The translations under genes and the position numbers were made by a program. A stretch of 64,000 nt of DNA from Pseudomonadota bacterium (lineage in GTDB: Bacteria; Bdellovibrionota; UBA2428), in contig JAGNHS010000006.1 in assembly GCA_018001635.1 (NCBI GenBank), positions 2,905-66,904 on the forward strand. The letters run 5' to 3'. How positions within the stretch are numbered: position 1 is the stretch's first letter; every line of letters starts with the position of its first letter. The notes beneath the pieces are model-generated. The model saw only the letters and a program-made list of their open reading frames with translations. It was not told the DNA's origin and did not search any database. Positions 19,289-26,706 of this stretch are shown one piece after another.

Positions 19289-19489
19289 ATGGAGTTTTCT
19301 AAATATTTTAGTTTTGTAATTTCAAACACCCTTAATTTTCGAAAAAAGCCTGTAAAAAAAGATGAAAAGCCAAACTCTTCCTTGAGGTTTCATGAAGAAA
19401 GCAAAATCATGCGTAGACCTTCAATCACCGAACAGGTGGAAATATTTCGCCAAAATCTTATAAAAAAATCTACCGAAGACAAATCTTGA
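19289..19489 (+). CDS. Small basic hypothetical protein (66 aa)
   Basis: ATG at 19289 is preceded by a strong GGAGG, 7 nt upstream. The track ORF starts at an upstream TTG (19256). Lys/Arg-rich with no homology recognised. Confidence 0.35.
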   Translation: MEFSKYFSFVISNTLNFRKKPVKKDEKPNSSLRFHEESKIMRRPSITEQVEIFRQNLIKKSTEDKS

Positions 19490-19490
19490 T

Positions 19491-19988
19491 TTATTGATTG
19501 AGTGAAATCAATTTGCCTTGAATGAGTTTGTAGTGAGCGGGGTCTTCTTCGTCGAAGGCCTCGAAGTTAATTTCTTTATTGTTAATTTTAATTTTTCGAG
19601 TTTCATCCAAAAGGGTTTTCTCGCCCTGAAATCTCAAGATTTTAAAAATATGATCATTTCCTACAGAAATCTCGCCTTTGTTTTCTGTGAATAAAAGCAC
19701 TCTTTCAATTTGGTTTTGAATGAGTGTTCCCGCAATTCCCGCGTCGTAATGTAACATGTAGACGCTCTCATCCGGACTAAATGTTTTATTTTCAATTTTT
19801 AAAAGTATGGGTTTTTCTGGACCAATAATTTGCAGGCTTCCTATTTCCTTGCCCTTCCATAACAATTTGCATGAGTTCGAAGAGCAGCTTTCGGCTAAAG
19901 TGAATTCATCAAGTTTTATTTCAGCTTGAGCAAGTGAAATAAAAAAGACTAAAAAAAGACTAATTAATATTAAATTAAAAAACTTCAT
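19491..19988 (-). CDS. Exported hypothetical protein (165 aa)
   Basis: Signal peptide MKFFNLILISLFLVFFISLAQA|E. The start overlaps the stop of the upstream 371-aa gene by 4 nt (ATGA), suggesting coupling. Confidence 0.55.
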   Translation of the reverse strand: MKFFNLILISLFLVFFISLAQAEIKLDEFTLAESCSSNSCKLLWKGKEIGSLQIIGPEKPILLKIENKTFSPDESVYMLHYDAGIAGTLIQNQIERVLLFTENKGEISVGNDHIFKILRFQGEKTLLDETRKIKINNKEINFEAFDEEDPAHYKLIQGKLISLNQ

Positions 19989-21100
19989 AAAATCCCCTGA
20001 AAAAATATAAAGTCTTTAGGGGGAATCTCTTGTTCCATAAAGCTACTGGTGAGTTCTCGTAATAGAATGATCGGGTGAGTGATAAGGGCGTCTTGTGCCG
20101 ACCATCTTGGCACGAGGGCTAGAAATTTTGGTTTCTCCTGAGGAATTCTAAGAACTTTTAATCTTGGATGTTTTTTATAGAGTTCTTTGAGTTCTAATTC
20201 CTTTTTTCGAGAATAACTGAGGAGGCTGGGGGTCATATAATGTCGGGAGTCTTGCTCATTCAGAGGTTTGGGAACTTCAATATCGCCAGTGCTCATTCTA
20301 AAAAGCACTCGGGCTAGAGCTTTTAGCGCGGCTTGATCGTAGACTTTTAGTTTAGCATCATCACCTTTGCCCACCATTTTAGGCCCGAGGGCAACTTCCG
20401 CTAGATTTGGGTCGAAGGGTTCAAAGGATGTGAATTGAAAGCGTTGGGTGGCTACTTGCCATTTAGTTTTATTTTCGCTTAGGGCCTTGTCGACTTCACC
20501 TAGATTCATATTCTTTTGTGTGCGATTTCTAAGAACTTGAATCACGCTGGCCATCTTAGCTTGAAGTAGCAGGGAGTCTTCACTCATGAGTCCCCCAAGA
20601 TTTCGTGTTTCGCCCCAGGCCGTCAAGGCTTCAGGGAGAATGGAGGCATAGGCTGGAAATTTTTCTTGAAAAACAGAAACGAAATTTATGAATTTTTTTC
20701 GTGCTTTAAACTTTTGGCTTCGATTTTGCTCATTGTAATTAGCCCTAAGAGTTTTTTGTTGAGCTGAATTTAATTTTTCTTCGTTGCTGAGATTTTTTAA
20801 AAAATTTTCAGAATCTGAAGTTTCTATTTTGGCCTCTCGGAGGAGCGCATCAGAAGGTTTCTTTCCTTGGCTCATTTGCCAAAAAAGTTTTAAAGAAGCT
20901 TCTATTTGAGCTTCACTTTGAATGGAAGAATTTTTATTGGAATTAATAGAGTTATTGAGATTGGGTAGAGTGCTTTCATTGTTAGATTTTAAAATATTAG
21001 GGCGATTTTCTGTTTGAGCGTTGTGAAGGCTATCGGCGCTTATTGATTGACCCACTAAAAACAATGCAGACAAGGCAAAGTAGGCTTGCTTTTTACCCAT
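19985..21100 (-). CDS. Exported protein with SleB/CwlJ-type (Hydrolase_2-like) cell wall hydrolase domain
   Basis: Signal peptide and an Asn/Ser/Gln-rich linker. The C-terminal half has Hydrolase_2-like blocks (AWGETRNLG...MASVIQVLRNRT; QRFQFTSF; RHYMTP). Confidence 0.5.
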   Translation of the reverse strand: MGKKQAYFALSALFLVGQSISADSLHNAQTENRPNILKSNNESTLPNLNNSINSNKNSSIQSEAQIEASLKLFWQMSQGKKPSDALLREAKIETSDSENFLKNLSNEEKLNSAQQKTLRANYNEQNRSQKFKARKKFINFVSVFQEKFPAYASILPEALTAWGETRNLGGLMSEDSLLLQAKMASVIQVLRNRTQKNMNLGEVDKALSENKTKWQVATQRFQFTSFEPFDPNLAEVALGPKMVGKGDDAKLKVYDQAALKALARVLFRMSTGDIEVPKPLNEQDSRHYMTPSLLSYSRKKELELKELYKKHPRLKVLRIPQEKPKFLALVPRWSAQDALITHPIILLRELTSSFMEQEIPPKDFIFFQGIL

Positions 21101-21165
21101 TTAATAATGATAACGGGAAAGCCTTTTCAAAGCCACCTAGTTGGGATTATTGTCGTTTGGCTAAG

Positions 21166-22239
21166 ATGAAAATTTTACATGTCATGCCTGCGCGATTTCC
21201 TATTCAACTTTACGGTGGCGCGGAGCGTGCTGCCTATAATTTAGCCAAAGGTTTGGCGGAATTAGGCCATGAAAACTATTTTTTGTGTTTAGAGGGAAGT
21301 GAAATTCCTTTTGCTAAAGTTATACCTTGGGATTTTTCCAAGGACTGGCAAAATGCTGTGCCTGATGGAATTGATATTGTTCAAGTCTACAATACGCCCA
21401 ATCGTAGGCCAGAATTTCCTTATTTAGTGTGTATCCAAGGTAATGGACGGCCTGGCGAACGGTTTCATGGCAACACTGTTTTTTTATCCGCAAATCATGC
21501 CAAAAGACATAATTGGACAGAGTATGTTTTTAATGGAATTGACCCTGCTGAATATCCCTTAGGAAAACATAAAAATCCTGGCCAGCTTCTATTTTTAGCA
21601 AAAGCATCTTGGCCCATTAAAAATCTCTATGGAGCTATGGATTTAACCGTTCAGTCTGGATGTCGTTTGGAAGTCTGCGGCGGTAAAGGAAGTTTATACT
21701 ATAAGATTTTTAGACCCTATGTTCATTTTAATGGCATGGTCGGTGGTGAGAAAAAAATTAAAATTTTACAAGAGTCCGAGGCTTTGTTGTTTCCTGTTCT
21801 TTGGCACGAGCCTTTTGGAATTGCGGTGATTGAAGCGATGGCTACGGGTGCGCCGGTTTTTGCCTCTAATCGCGGCAGTCTTCCCGAGTTGATTGATGAG
21901 AGCTCTGGGGCCATTTGTAATACCCGTGAAGAATTTATTGTGGCCATTAGTCGTCGGCATCAGTGGACGCCGGAGCAGTGTAGAGCGCGAGTTCTTAACA
22001 ACTTCACACATCGCCATCAAGCCGAACGCTATTTAGAAAAATACAAGATAATTATGAGTCAGGGACAATTGCGAGAGGGGCAAGCCTATTGTTCGGAAAA
22101 TTTCATTTCAGAAGAAATAAAATTAATCCCAAGACTGCGATCGACTTGGAAAATTGATTATAAATTGCTGAAGCAAAAAGAAGCTAAGATTGTGGCTCGG
22201 CGAAAGCGTGAAGACTTGCGTCTTTTAAAACCAGCCTAA
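21166..22239 (+). CDS. Glycosyltransferase family 4
   Basis: MKILHVMPARFP...GGAERAAYNLAKGLAELGHE N-terminus. The C-terminal GT-B EX7E region is LLFPVLWHEPFGIAVIEAMATGAPVFASNRGSLPELI. The track start at 21043 would overlap the divergent gene, so ATG 21166 is preferred. Confidence 0.8.
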   Translation: MKILHVMPARFPIQLYGGAERAAYNLAKGLAELGHENYFLCLEGSEIPFAKVIPWDFSKDWQNAVPDGIDIVQVYNTPNRRPEFPYLVCIQGNGRPGERFHGNTVFLSANHAKRHNWTEYVFNGIDPAEYPLGKHKNPGQLLFLAKASWPIKNLYGAMDLTVQSGCRLEVCGGKGSLYYKIFRPYVHFNGMVGGEKKIKILQESEALLFPVLWHEPFGIAVIEAMATGAPVFASNRGSLPELIDESSGAICNTREEFIVAISRRHQWTPEQCRARVLNNFTHRHQAERYLEKYKIIMSQGQLREGQAYCSENFISEEIKLIPRLRSTWKIDYKLLKQKEAKIVARRKREDLRLLKPA

Positions 22240-22701
22240 GTTTTTTAAAGCGCTTTGTGTTTCTTGGGCGTAATTTTTCCAAGACAACCATTTTAGAACT
22301 TTTACAATTTTTTGATTTTCGTCGATAAGAAATGTGACTCGATTCGCTTTACCTATGGGAAGTAAAACTTCATAATCTTTAGAAACTTTTTTAGAGTCAT
22401 CGGCTAAAATAGGAAAAGGTATTTTATGGTGCTCGGCAAATTCTGCGTGCTTAATAACGGAGTCCGTGCTGATTCCAATGACGGGAATTTTAGCTGTTCT
22501 AAAGGCTTCGAATTCATCTCGAAAGCTACAAGCTTCAGCTGTGCAGCCCATGGTAAAGTCGGCAGGATAAAAATAAAGAATAATTTTTTGCCCTTTAAAT
22601 TGTGAAAGACTTTGCTCGTGATTGTTTTGATCTTTTAAACAAAACTCAGGAGCTTGACTTCCCTCGGCTAAACCTTGACCTAAGAATGACATCAATCCCA
22701 T
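22225..22701 (-). CDS. bcp: Thioredoxin-dependent peroxiredoxin Bcp
   Basis: AhpC/TSA fold with peroxidatic Cys motif (ILYFYPADFTMGCTAEACSFRD). Confidence 0.85.
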   Translation of the reverse strand: MGLMSFLGQGLAEGSQAPEFCLKDQNNHEQSLSQFKGQKIILYFYPADFTMGCTAEACSFRDEFEAFRTAKIPVIGISTDSVIKHAEFAEHHKIPFPILADDSKKVSKDYEVLLPIGKANRVTFLIDENQKIVKVLKWLSWKNYAQETQSALKNLGWF

Positions 22702-22718
22702 AAGAAAAATCTAGCAAA

Positions 22719-23960
22719 TCATTTATCGTTAGTCGTGAGTATAATTTTAGAAGCAAGCATTATTGTGAGAAGAGCAATAAGTGCAATACTTTGATTCACT
22801 TCAAGCCAATAGGCGGCGTTTGTTCCAATGATAGATCGAGGGCTGAGCGCAAGAAATAAACAAAGTGCCCAGATGTGTTTTGTATATTGAGATTTTTGAT
22901 CACAATAAAACAAGGCCGGTAAAATTATCCAAAAAAAACCATAAATGTGTTGCCATGGAAGTGGATTGATTAAGAGCGATAATAATATCCAAACTAGGGA
23001 GAGCGTGACCATAGAAGTTTGGTGCTTTTTGTATTGGAGGATTTTTAAAGTCCTAAATAATAAAAGTCCAACAAAGGGTAAGGCTAATAATAAAGAAAGA
23101 TTGGATCTTGAAGGAAGTCCTAAAAAGTGGCTGCCCATAGCAAAGAAACCTTGAAAATAAATGGAGCGATCTGAGAATGGAAAGAAACCCGTTGTGCTTT
23201 TAATTTGTTCTAACCAATTTTTCCATAAAATGGGATTTGGGAGGAGGGCCACACAAAGGGCTCCAGCAAAGAGCAACCCATATCTTTTATTTTTAAAGTT
23301 AAGCGATTGAGGGGTTAAGCCCAAGAGAGGAGTGAGCTTAAATATTCCTCCAAACATAAATAAGAATATTCCGAAAAATTCTCTAAAAATATTTTTAGGA
23401 TTTTTTAATAAGACTAAGGACCATACAATCAAGGCATAGGTGAGTTGATTGATGTTCTTGCTGTGAAACTCATTGTCGATAAATCTCAGGCTGGCTATGA
23501 GTCCAGCAAAACTTGTTAAGAGAAATAGTCTTCTTTGATTTGGGTTATTGGGAATAAATTCATTGTTAAACACATAATGAAGGGCCCAAGGAATGCTCAA
23601 GCAAGCGCTTAAATTGATAAGACCTAAGACCCAGCGAGCGTGATCTATGCTGACTAAGGCGAGGGGAGAAAAAAATAAAATTGTGATGGGAGGATATTTA
23701 AAGGGAAAGGCATCGCTGCTTAAGTAAATAGGATCACCCTGAAGCCAGCGGCTTGCGCATAGATAAAAGGCTTCGAAATCATTGTTGGAGGGGTCTTTGT
23801 AGCGACTTAAGAAACTTACAATAATGGGGAGACAAATTAAGGCCATTAGAGCGTAAAAAGGTTTTTCGTTTAAGGCTTTGTAAGGTTTCATTGAAGCAAA
23901 ATATCTCTCAGTCAATTTTCTATCACGAATCGATGGAATTTTGACTTTCTTAAGAAGCAT
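22719..23960 (-). CDS. Polytopic membrane glycosyltransferase, GT87/DUF2029-like
   Basis: About 10 or more TM helices. The N-terminal loop motif DFEAFYLCASRWLQGDPIYL...FPFKYPPITILFFSPLAL is typical of DUF2029/GT-C enzymes. Confidence 0.6.
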   Translation of the reverse strand: MLLKKVKIPSIRDRKLTERYFASMKPYKALNEKPFYALMALICLPIIVSFLSRYKDPSNNDFEAFYLCASRWLQGDPIYLSSDAFPFKYPPITILFFSPLALVSIDHARWVLGLINLSACLSIPWALHYVFNNEFIPNNPNQRRLFLLTSFAGLIASLRFIDNEFHSKNINQLTYALIVWSLVLLKNPKNIFREFFGIFLFMFGGIFKLTPLLGLTPQSLNFKNKRYGLLFAGALCVALLPNPILWKNWLEQIKSTTGFFPFSDRSIYFQGFFAMGSHFLGLPSRSNLSLLLALPFVGLLLFRTLKILQYKKHQTSMVTLSLVWILLSLLINPLPWQHIYGFFWIILPALFYCDQKSQYTKHIWALCLFLALSPRSIIGTNAAYWLEVNQSIALIALLTIMLASKIILTTNDK

Positions 23961-24057
23961 TTTTCAGAGAAAGTTGAGAAAGGGTTTATTTTCCGATGCG
24001 CGTTTAACCTTTTTACGAAGGCTAAGGGTCTACATCAGGAAATAAGGGGGAAGAGCC

Positions 24058-24435
24058 ATGAATGCTCAAAATCTAGCTAAATATAAAAAGTTACTTTTAG
24101 AAAAGCGCGCGCAGATTCTTAACCGCGCTAATTCGAGATTCAAAGAAGCTCTTTCTATCAATCAAGAAGATTTAGTTGACGAGTCTGATCATGCGGCTGC
24201 TTTAATTCAGCAAGGCATGGCTATGGAAGTTCAAGAGCGCGATCGTTATGTTCTCCGAGAAATTGATCATGCTTTATCTAAAATGGAAGATGGCACTTAT
24301 GGAATTTGCGAAGAAAGTGAAGAGCCCATCGATGAAGCTCGTCTAGAAGCTCAACCTTGGACTCGATACAGTGTTGAAGAAGCCGAGAGAAGAGAGCAGC
24401 GAGCTAAGAGATACGTTAATCAAAAAGGTTCTTGA
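24058..24435 (+). CDS. DksA/TraR-family RNA polymerase-binding regulator, Cys4 zinc finger degenerate
   Basis: Coiled-coil tip DxxDxA is retained (DESDHA, about 24178-24195). The C-terminal region GTYGICEESEEPI...PWTRYSVE aligns with the CxxC-x17-CxxC finger, but only one Cys remains. Strong RBS (AAGGGGGAAG). Confidence 0.75.
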   Translation: MNAQNLAKYKKLLLEKRAQILNRANSRFKEALSINQEDLVDESDHAAALIQQGMAMEVQERDRYVLREIDHALSKMEDGTYGICEESEEPIDEARLEAQPWTRYSVEEAERREQRAKRYVNQKGS

Positions 24436-24439
24436 AAAA

Positions 24440-25477
24440 TTACTTTGTAGGTTGATTTTTTAAATGCTCTAAAACTTTATTAATGGAAATGGCTTCGTTT
24501 TCTTTTTCAAGTTTCTTAGTATGACTTTTTTCAGCTAAGTTGTTGAGCAGATAAGCCAGGCGAATTCCAGCTTTAAAGAGTCGCTCTTCAATCACGGGTA
24601 AAACTTTGGCTACGTAGCGTTTATCTAGTGTAGGAATTTTTGATTTTTTGTAATTTGTTTCGTTAATTTTATGAGTGGATGGGTCTACGAATTTGCAATA
24701 AGCACGAAGTTTGGGGTCGGAGATTGCAATTTTGTCGGGATATACAACGGAGTGAAGCGCTTGGGATTCCTCAAACCAAATCTCGGGAGTGGCTGAGGAA
24801 ATTTTGTTGAGTTCTTCTGGGCTAAAAGTCTTTTCAAAGTTTTTTTCTAAATAAGCTCCGAGATATGGATATTGAAAATAACCCATAAGCTTTTTTTCTT
24901 TTTTGGCATTTTCAATGACGAGTTCCTTGAGCTCATCGACCATGGAATTGTCCCAAAGATTATGGAGATTCGTTTCCTTGCTTAGAAAGGAGTTGCGTGC
25001 TCTAAATTTAACGTCGCAAAGGTTGGCGCCACGATCGAGCCCATTGCCAATGTGCAGGGGTTGGTGCACGTCGCCCACTATGTGCACGAGATATCGAAAG
25101 AGCAGGGCTTTGTCGTTGTTGGAGAGGCTATTGTCTAAAAGTAAGTTTGGAACATTTTCAATGATGCTGGCGGCATCCTTTGGAGCGCGCTTTTCTGGGC
25201 TGATATCTTTGAACTTCATGCCTAAGGGAATTTCCAAGTAATGAAAGGGGGCAAAGTCTGCGAAGCGTTCATCAGATCGAACGAGGTCGGGCCAGACCGC
25301 TGATACGGCTAAGGGTTCGCTTCCCATAAAACTATTGATGAATCCTTTGGCTTTTGCTGTGAGGCGAGTTTCGGCTAAATATCCTACGGTAGAGTGACCT
25401 AAATCTCCCCAAGCGAAAATCTTTGCGGGAGCTAAGATTAAAAAACAGAGTGAAAGAATTCGAGTGTTTAGATTCAT
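24440..25477 (-). CDS. Exported S1/P1 family nuclease
   Basis: Signal peptide followed by the mature N-terminus WGDLGHSTVGYLAE. Zinc ligand blocks FHYLEIP, HIVGDVHQPLH and NLHNLWD. Confidence 0.85.
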   Translation of the reverse strand: MNLNTRILSLCFLILAPAKIFAWGDLGHSTVGYLAETRLTAKAKGFINSFMGSEPLAVSAVWPDLVRSDERFADFAPFHYLEIPLGMKFKDISPEKRAPKDAASIIENVPNLLLDNSLSNNDKALLFRYLVHIVGDVHQPLHIGNGLDRGANLCDVKFRARNSFLSKETNLHNLWDNSMVDELKELVIENAKKEKKLMGYFQYPYLGAYLEKNFEKTFSPEELNKISSATPEIWFEESQALHSVVYPDKIAISDPKLRAYCKFVDPSTHKINETNYKKSKIPTLDKRYVAKVLPVIEERLFKAGIRLAYLLNNLAEKSHTKKLEKENEAISINKVLEHLKNQPTK

Positions 25478-25538
25478 TTTTATTGATTATCGATCCGCTT
25501 AATTTTTGTCTATGCCAAGAATCCCTTTGTTCAATGAT

Positions 25539-25730
25539 CTATTGTGCGCGAGGAAACGGGCCTGGCTTATGAGCACCAAAATTTATTAATATCTTTAAAT
25601 TCAAAGACTAGAGCATCTTGGGGTGAGCGATGAGGCAGCGCCTCGAGCTTCAGGGGTCGCCCAAGCCGCTCTAGTTTTTGAATTTAAAGGTATATATAGA
25701 TTTCCAGGCCCGGTTCTTCGCGCACAATAG
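25539..25730. repeat. Long intergenic imperfect palindrome (about 190 bp, composite hairpin)
   Basis: Outer arms are CTATTGTGCGCGAGGAAACGGGCCTGG (25539-25565) and CCAGGCCCGGTTCTTCGCGCACAATAG (25704-25730), with 2 mismatches. Inner arms are CTTTAAATTCAAAGACTAGAGC and GCTCTAGTTTTTGAATTTAAAG. Further pairing occurs near the centre (CTTGGG/CCCAAG). Confidence 0.7.
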
Positions 25731-25748
25731 TTCTAGAGCGGGAGGGGC

Positions 25749-26552
25749 TTAATCCAAAGTCCAGGTGGCGCGGGCTTGCGATTTGCGGATTTGCTCTTTG
25801 GCTTCTTTGAGATAATGCTTCCAAGTTTGCTCCACAATTCTTGCAGCTTCTTTGGGATCATCGGTAACATGGAGATCGTCGAGATCCTTGGGATTGATCA
25901 TTCCATCTTTTACGAGAGTTTCTCGAATGAACTCGAGCAAAGGTTTCCAATATTTTTTCCCCATGAGAATGACGGGGAAGTCGCTGACTTTTTTTGTTTG
26001 AATGAGAGTGAGAGCTTCAAACATTTCATCGAGTGTTCCAAGTCCGCCCGGACAGATAACAAAAGCGTGAGCATATTTTACGAGCATCACTTTTCGTACA
26101 AAAAAGAAATTAAACATTTCGCTATCGTCGAGATAAGGGTTGAGACTGTCTTCGAAAGGCAATTTTATTCCCAAACCTATCGAATTGGCGCCAGCATCTT
26201 GCGCTCCACGGTTAGCTGCCTCCATAACGCCGGGTCCGCCCCCTGTAATTATGGTAAAACCCTTTTTCCCAAGTTCAAATCCCACTTTTCTTGCCATGTT
26301 GTAATAGGGTGAATCTCTTTTGATACGGGCACTTCCGAAGATAGAAACACCTTTTGAAACTCCATAAAGTTTATCTAAACCCTTGATAAATTCAGAGAGA
26401 ATTCTAAAAACGCGCCAAGTTTCTTGCTCGAGCGAATCTTCGCCGGAAAGGAAGCGAAACTCCTCTAATTTGGGTTTTTCAGAGGAGCGAAAATTTTTTT
26501 TTGATTTTTTTTGCATAGAGCTAAGTTTATCAAATGACAATTTTTTTACCAC
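25749..26552 (-). CDS. LOG family protein (TIGR00730; cytokinin riboside 5'-monophosphate phosphoribohydrolase-like)
   Basis: GGGPGVMEAANRGA and PGGLGTLDEMFE signature motifs. Confidence 0.85.
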   Translation of the reverse strand: MVKKLSFDKLSSMQKKSKKNFRSSEKPKLEEFRFLSGEDSLEQETWRVFRILSEFIKGLDKLYGVSKGVSIFGSARIKRDSPYYNMARKVGFELGKKGFTIITGGGPGVMEAANRGAQDAGANSIGLGIKLPFEDSLNPYLDDSEMFNFFFVRKVMLVKYAHAFVICPGGLGTLDEMFEALTLIQTKKVSDFPVILMGKKYWKPLLEFIRETLVKDGMINPKDLDDLHVTDDPKEAARIVEQTWKHYLKEAKEQIRKSQARATWTLD

Positions 26553-26661
26553 AATTAACCTATTTTCTTGGCACCACTGTCAAAATACTTGAGACTCAAG
26601 AATTGACGCCTGAGAGTTTTGACTTTTTAATCGATAGTAGGGGATATCGTTTTCGGGGATC

Positions 26662-26678
26662 GATTAACTAAGTTAATC
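26662..26678. promoter_or_regulatory. Perfect 7-3-7 palindrome upstream of the sigma-54 activator gene (candidate operator)
   Basis: GATTAAC-TAA-GTTAATC lies about 30-45 nt upstream of the candidate start codons. A second palindrome, CTTGAG-A-CTCAAG, is at 26588-26600. Sequence symmetry only. Confidence 0.25.
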
Positions 26679-26706
26679 AAGTAAAACGCCGGTCTCAAGA
26701 ACATCC

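Noticed and set aside
21043-21165. Extended N-terminus of the GT4 glycosyltransferase (track start 21043)
   Set aside because: The extension overlaps the 5' end of the divergent gene and adds non-GT4 sequence. The canonical MKILHV... start at 21166 fits the family.
25776-26312. 178-aa plus-strand ORF
   Set aside because: It is entirely antisense to the LOG-family gene, which has unmistakable family motifs (GGGPGVMEAANRGA, PGGLGTLDEMFE). The product has no recognisable features, so it is treated as a shadow ORF.
26569-26584. TGGCAC-N5-TCAAA upstream of the sigma-54 activator gene as a sigma-54 promoter
   Set aside because: The -24 element is good, but the -12 TTGC element is absent at the required spacing.
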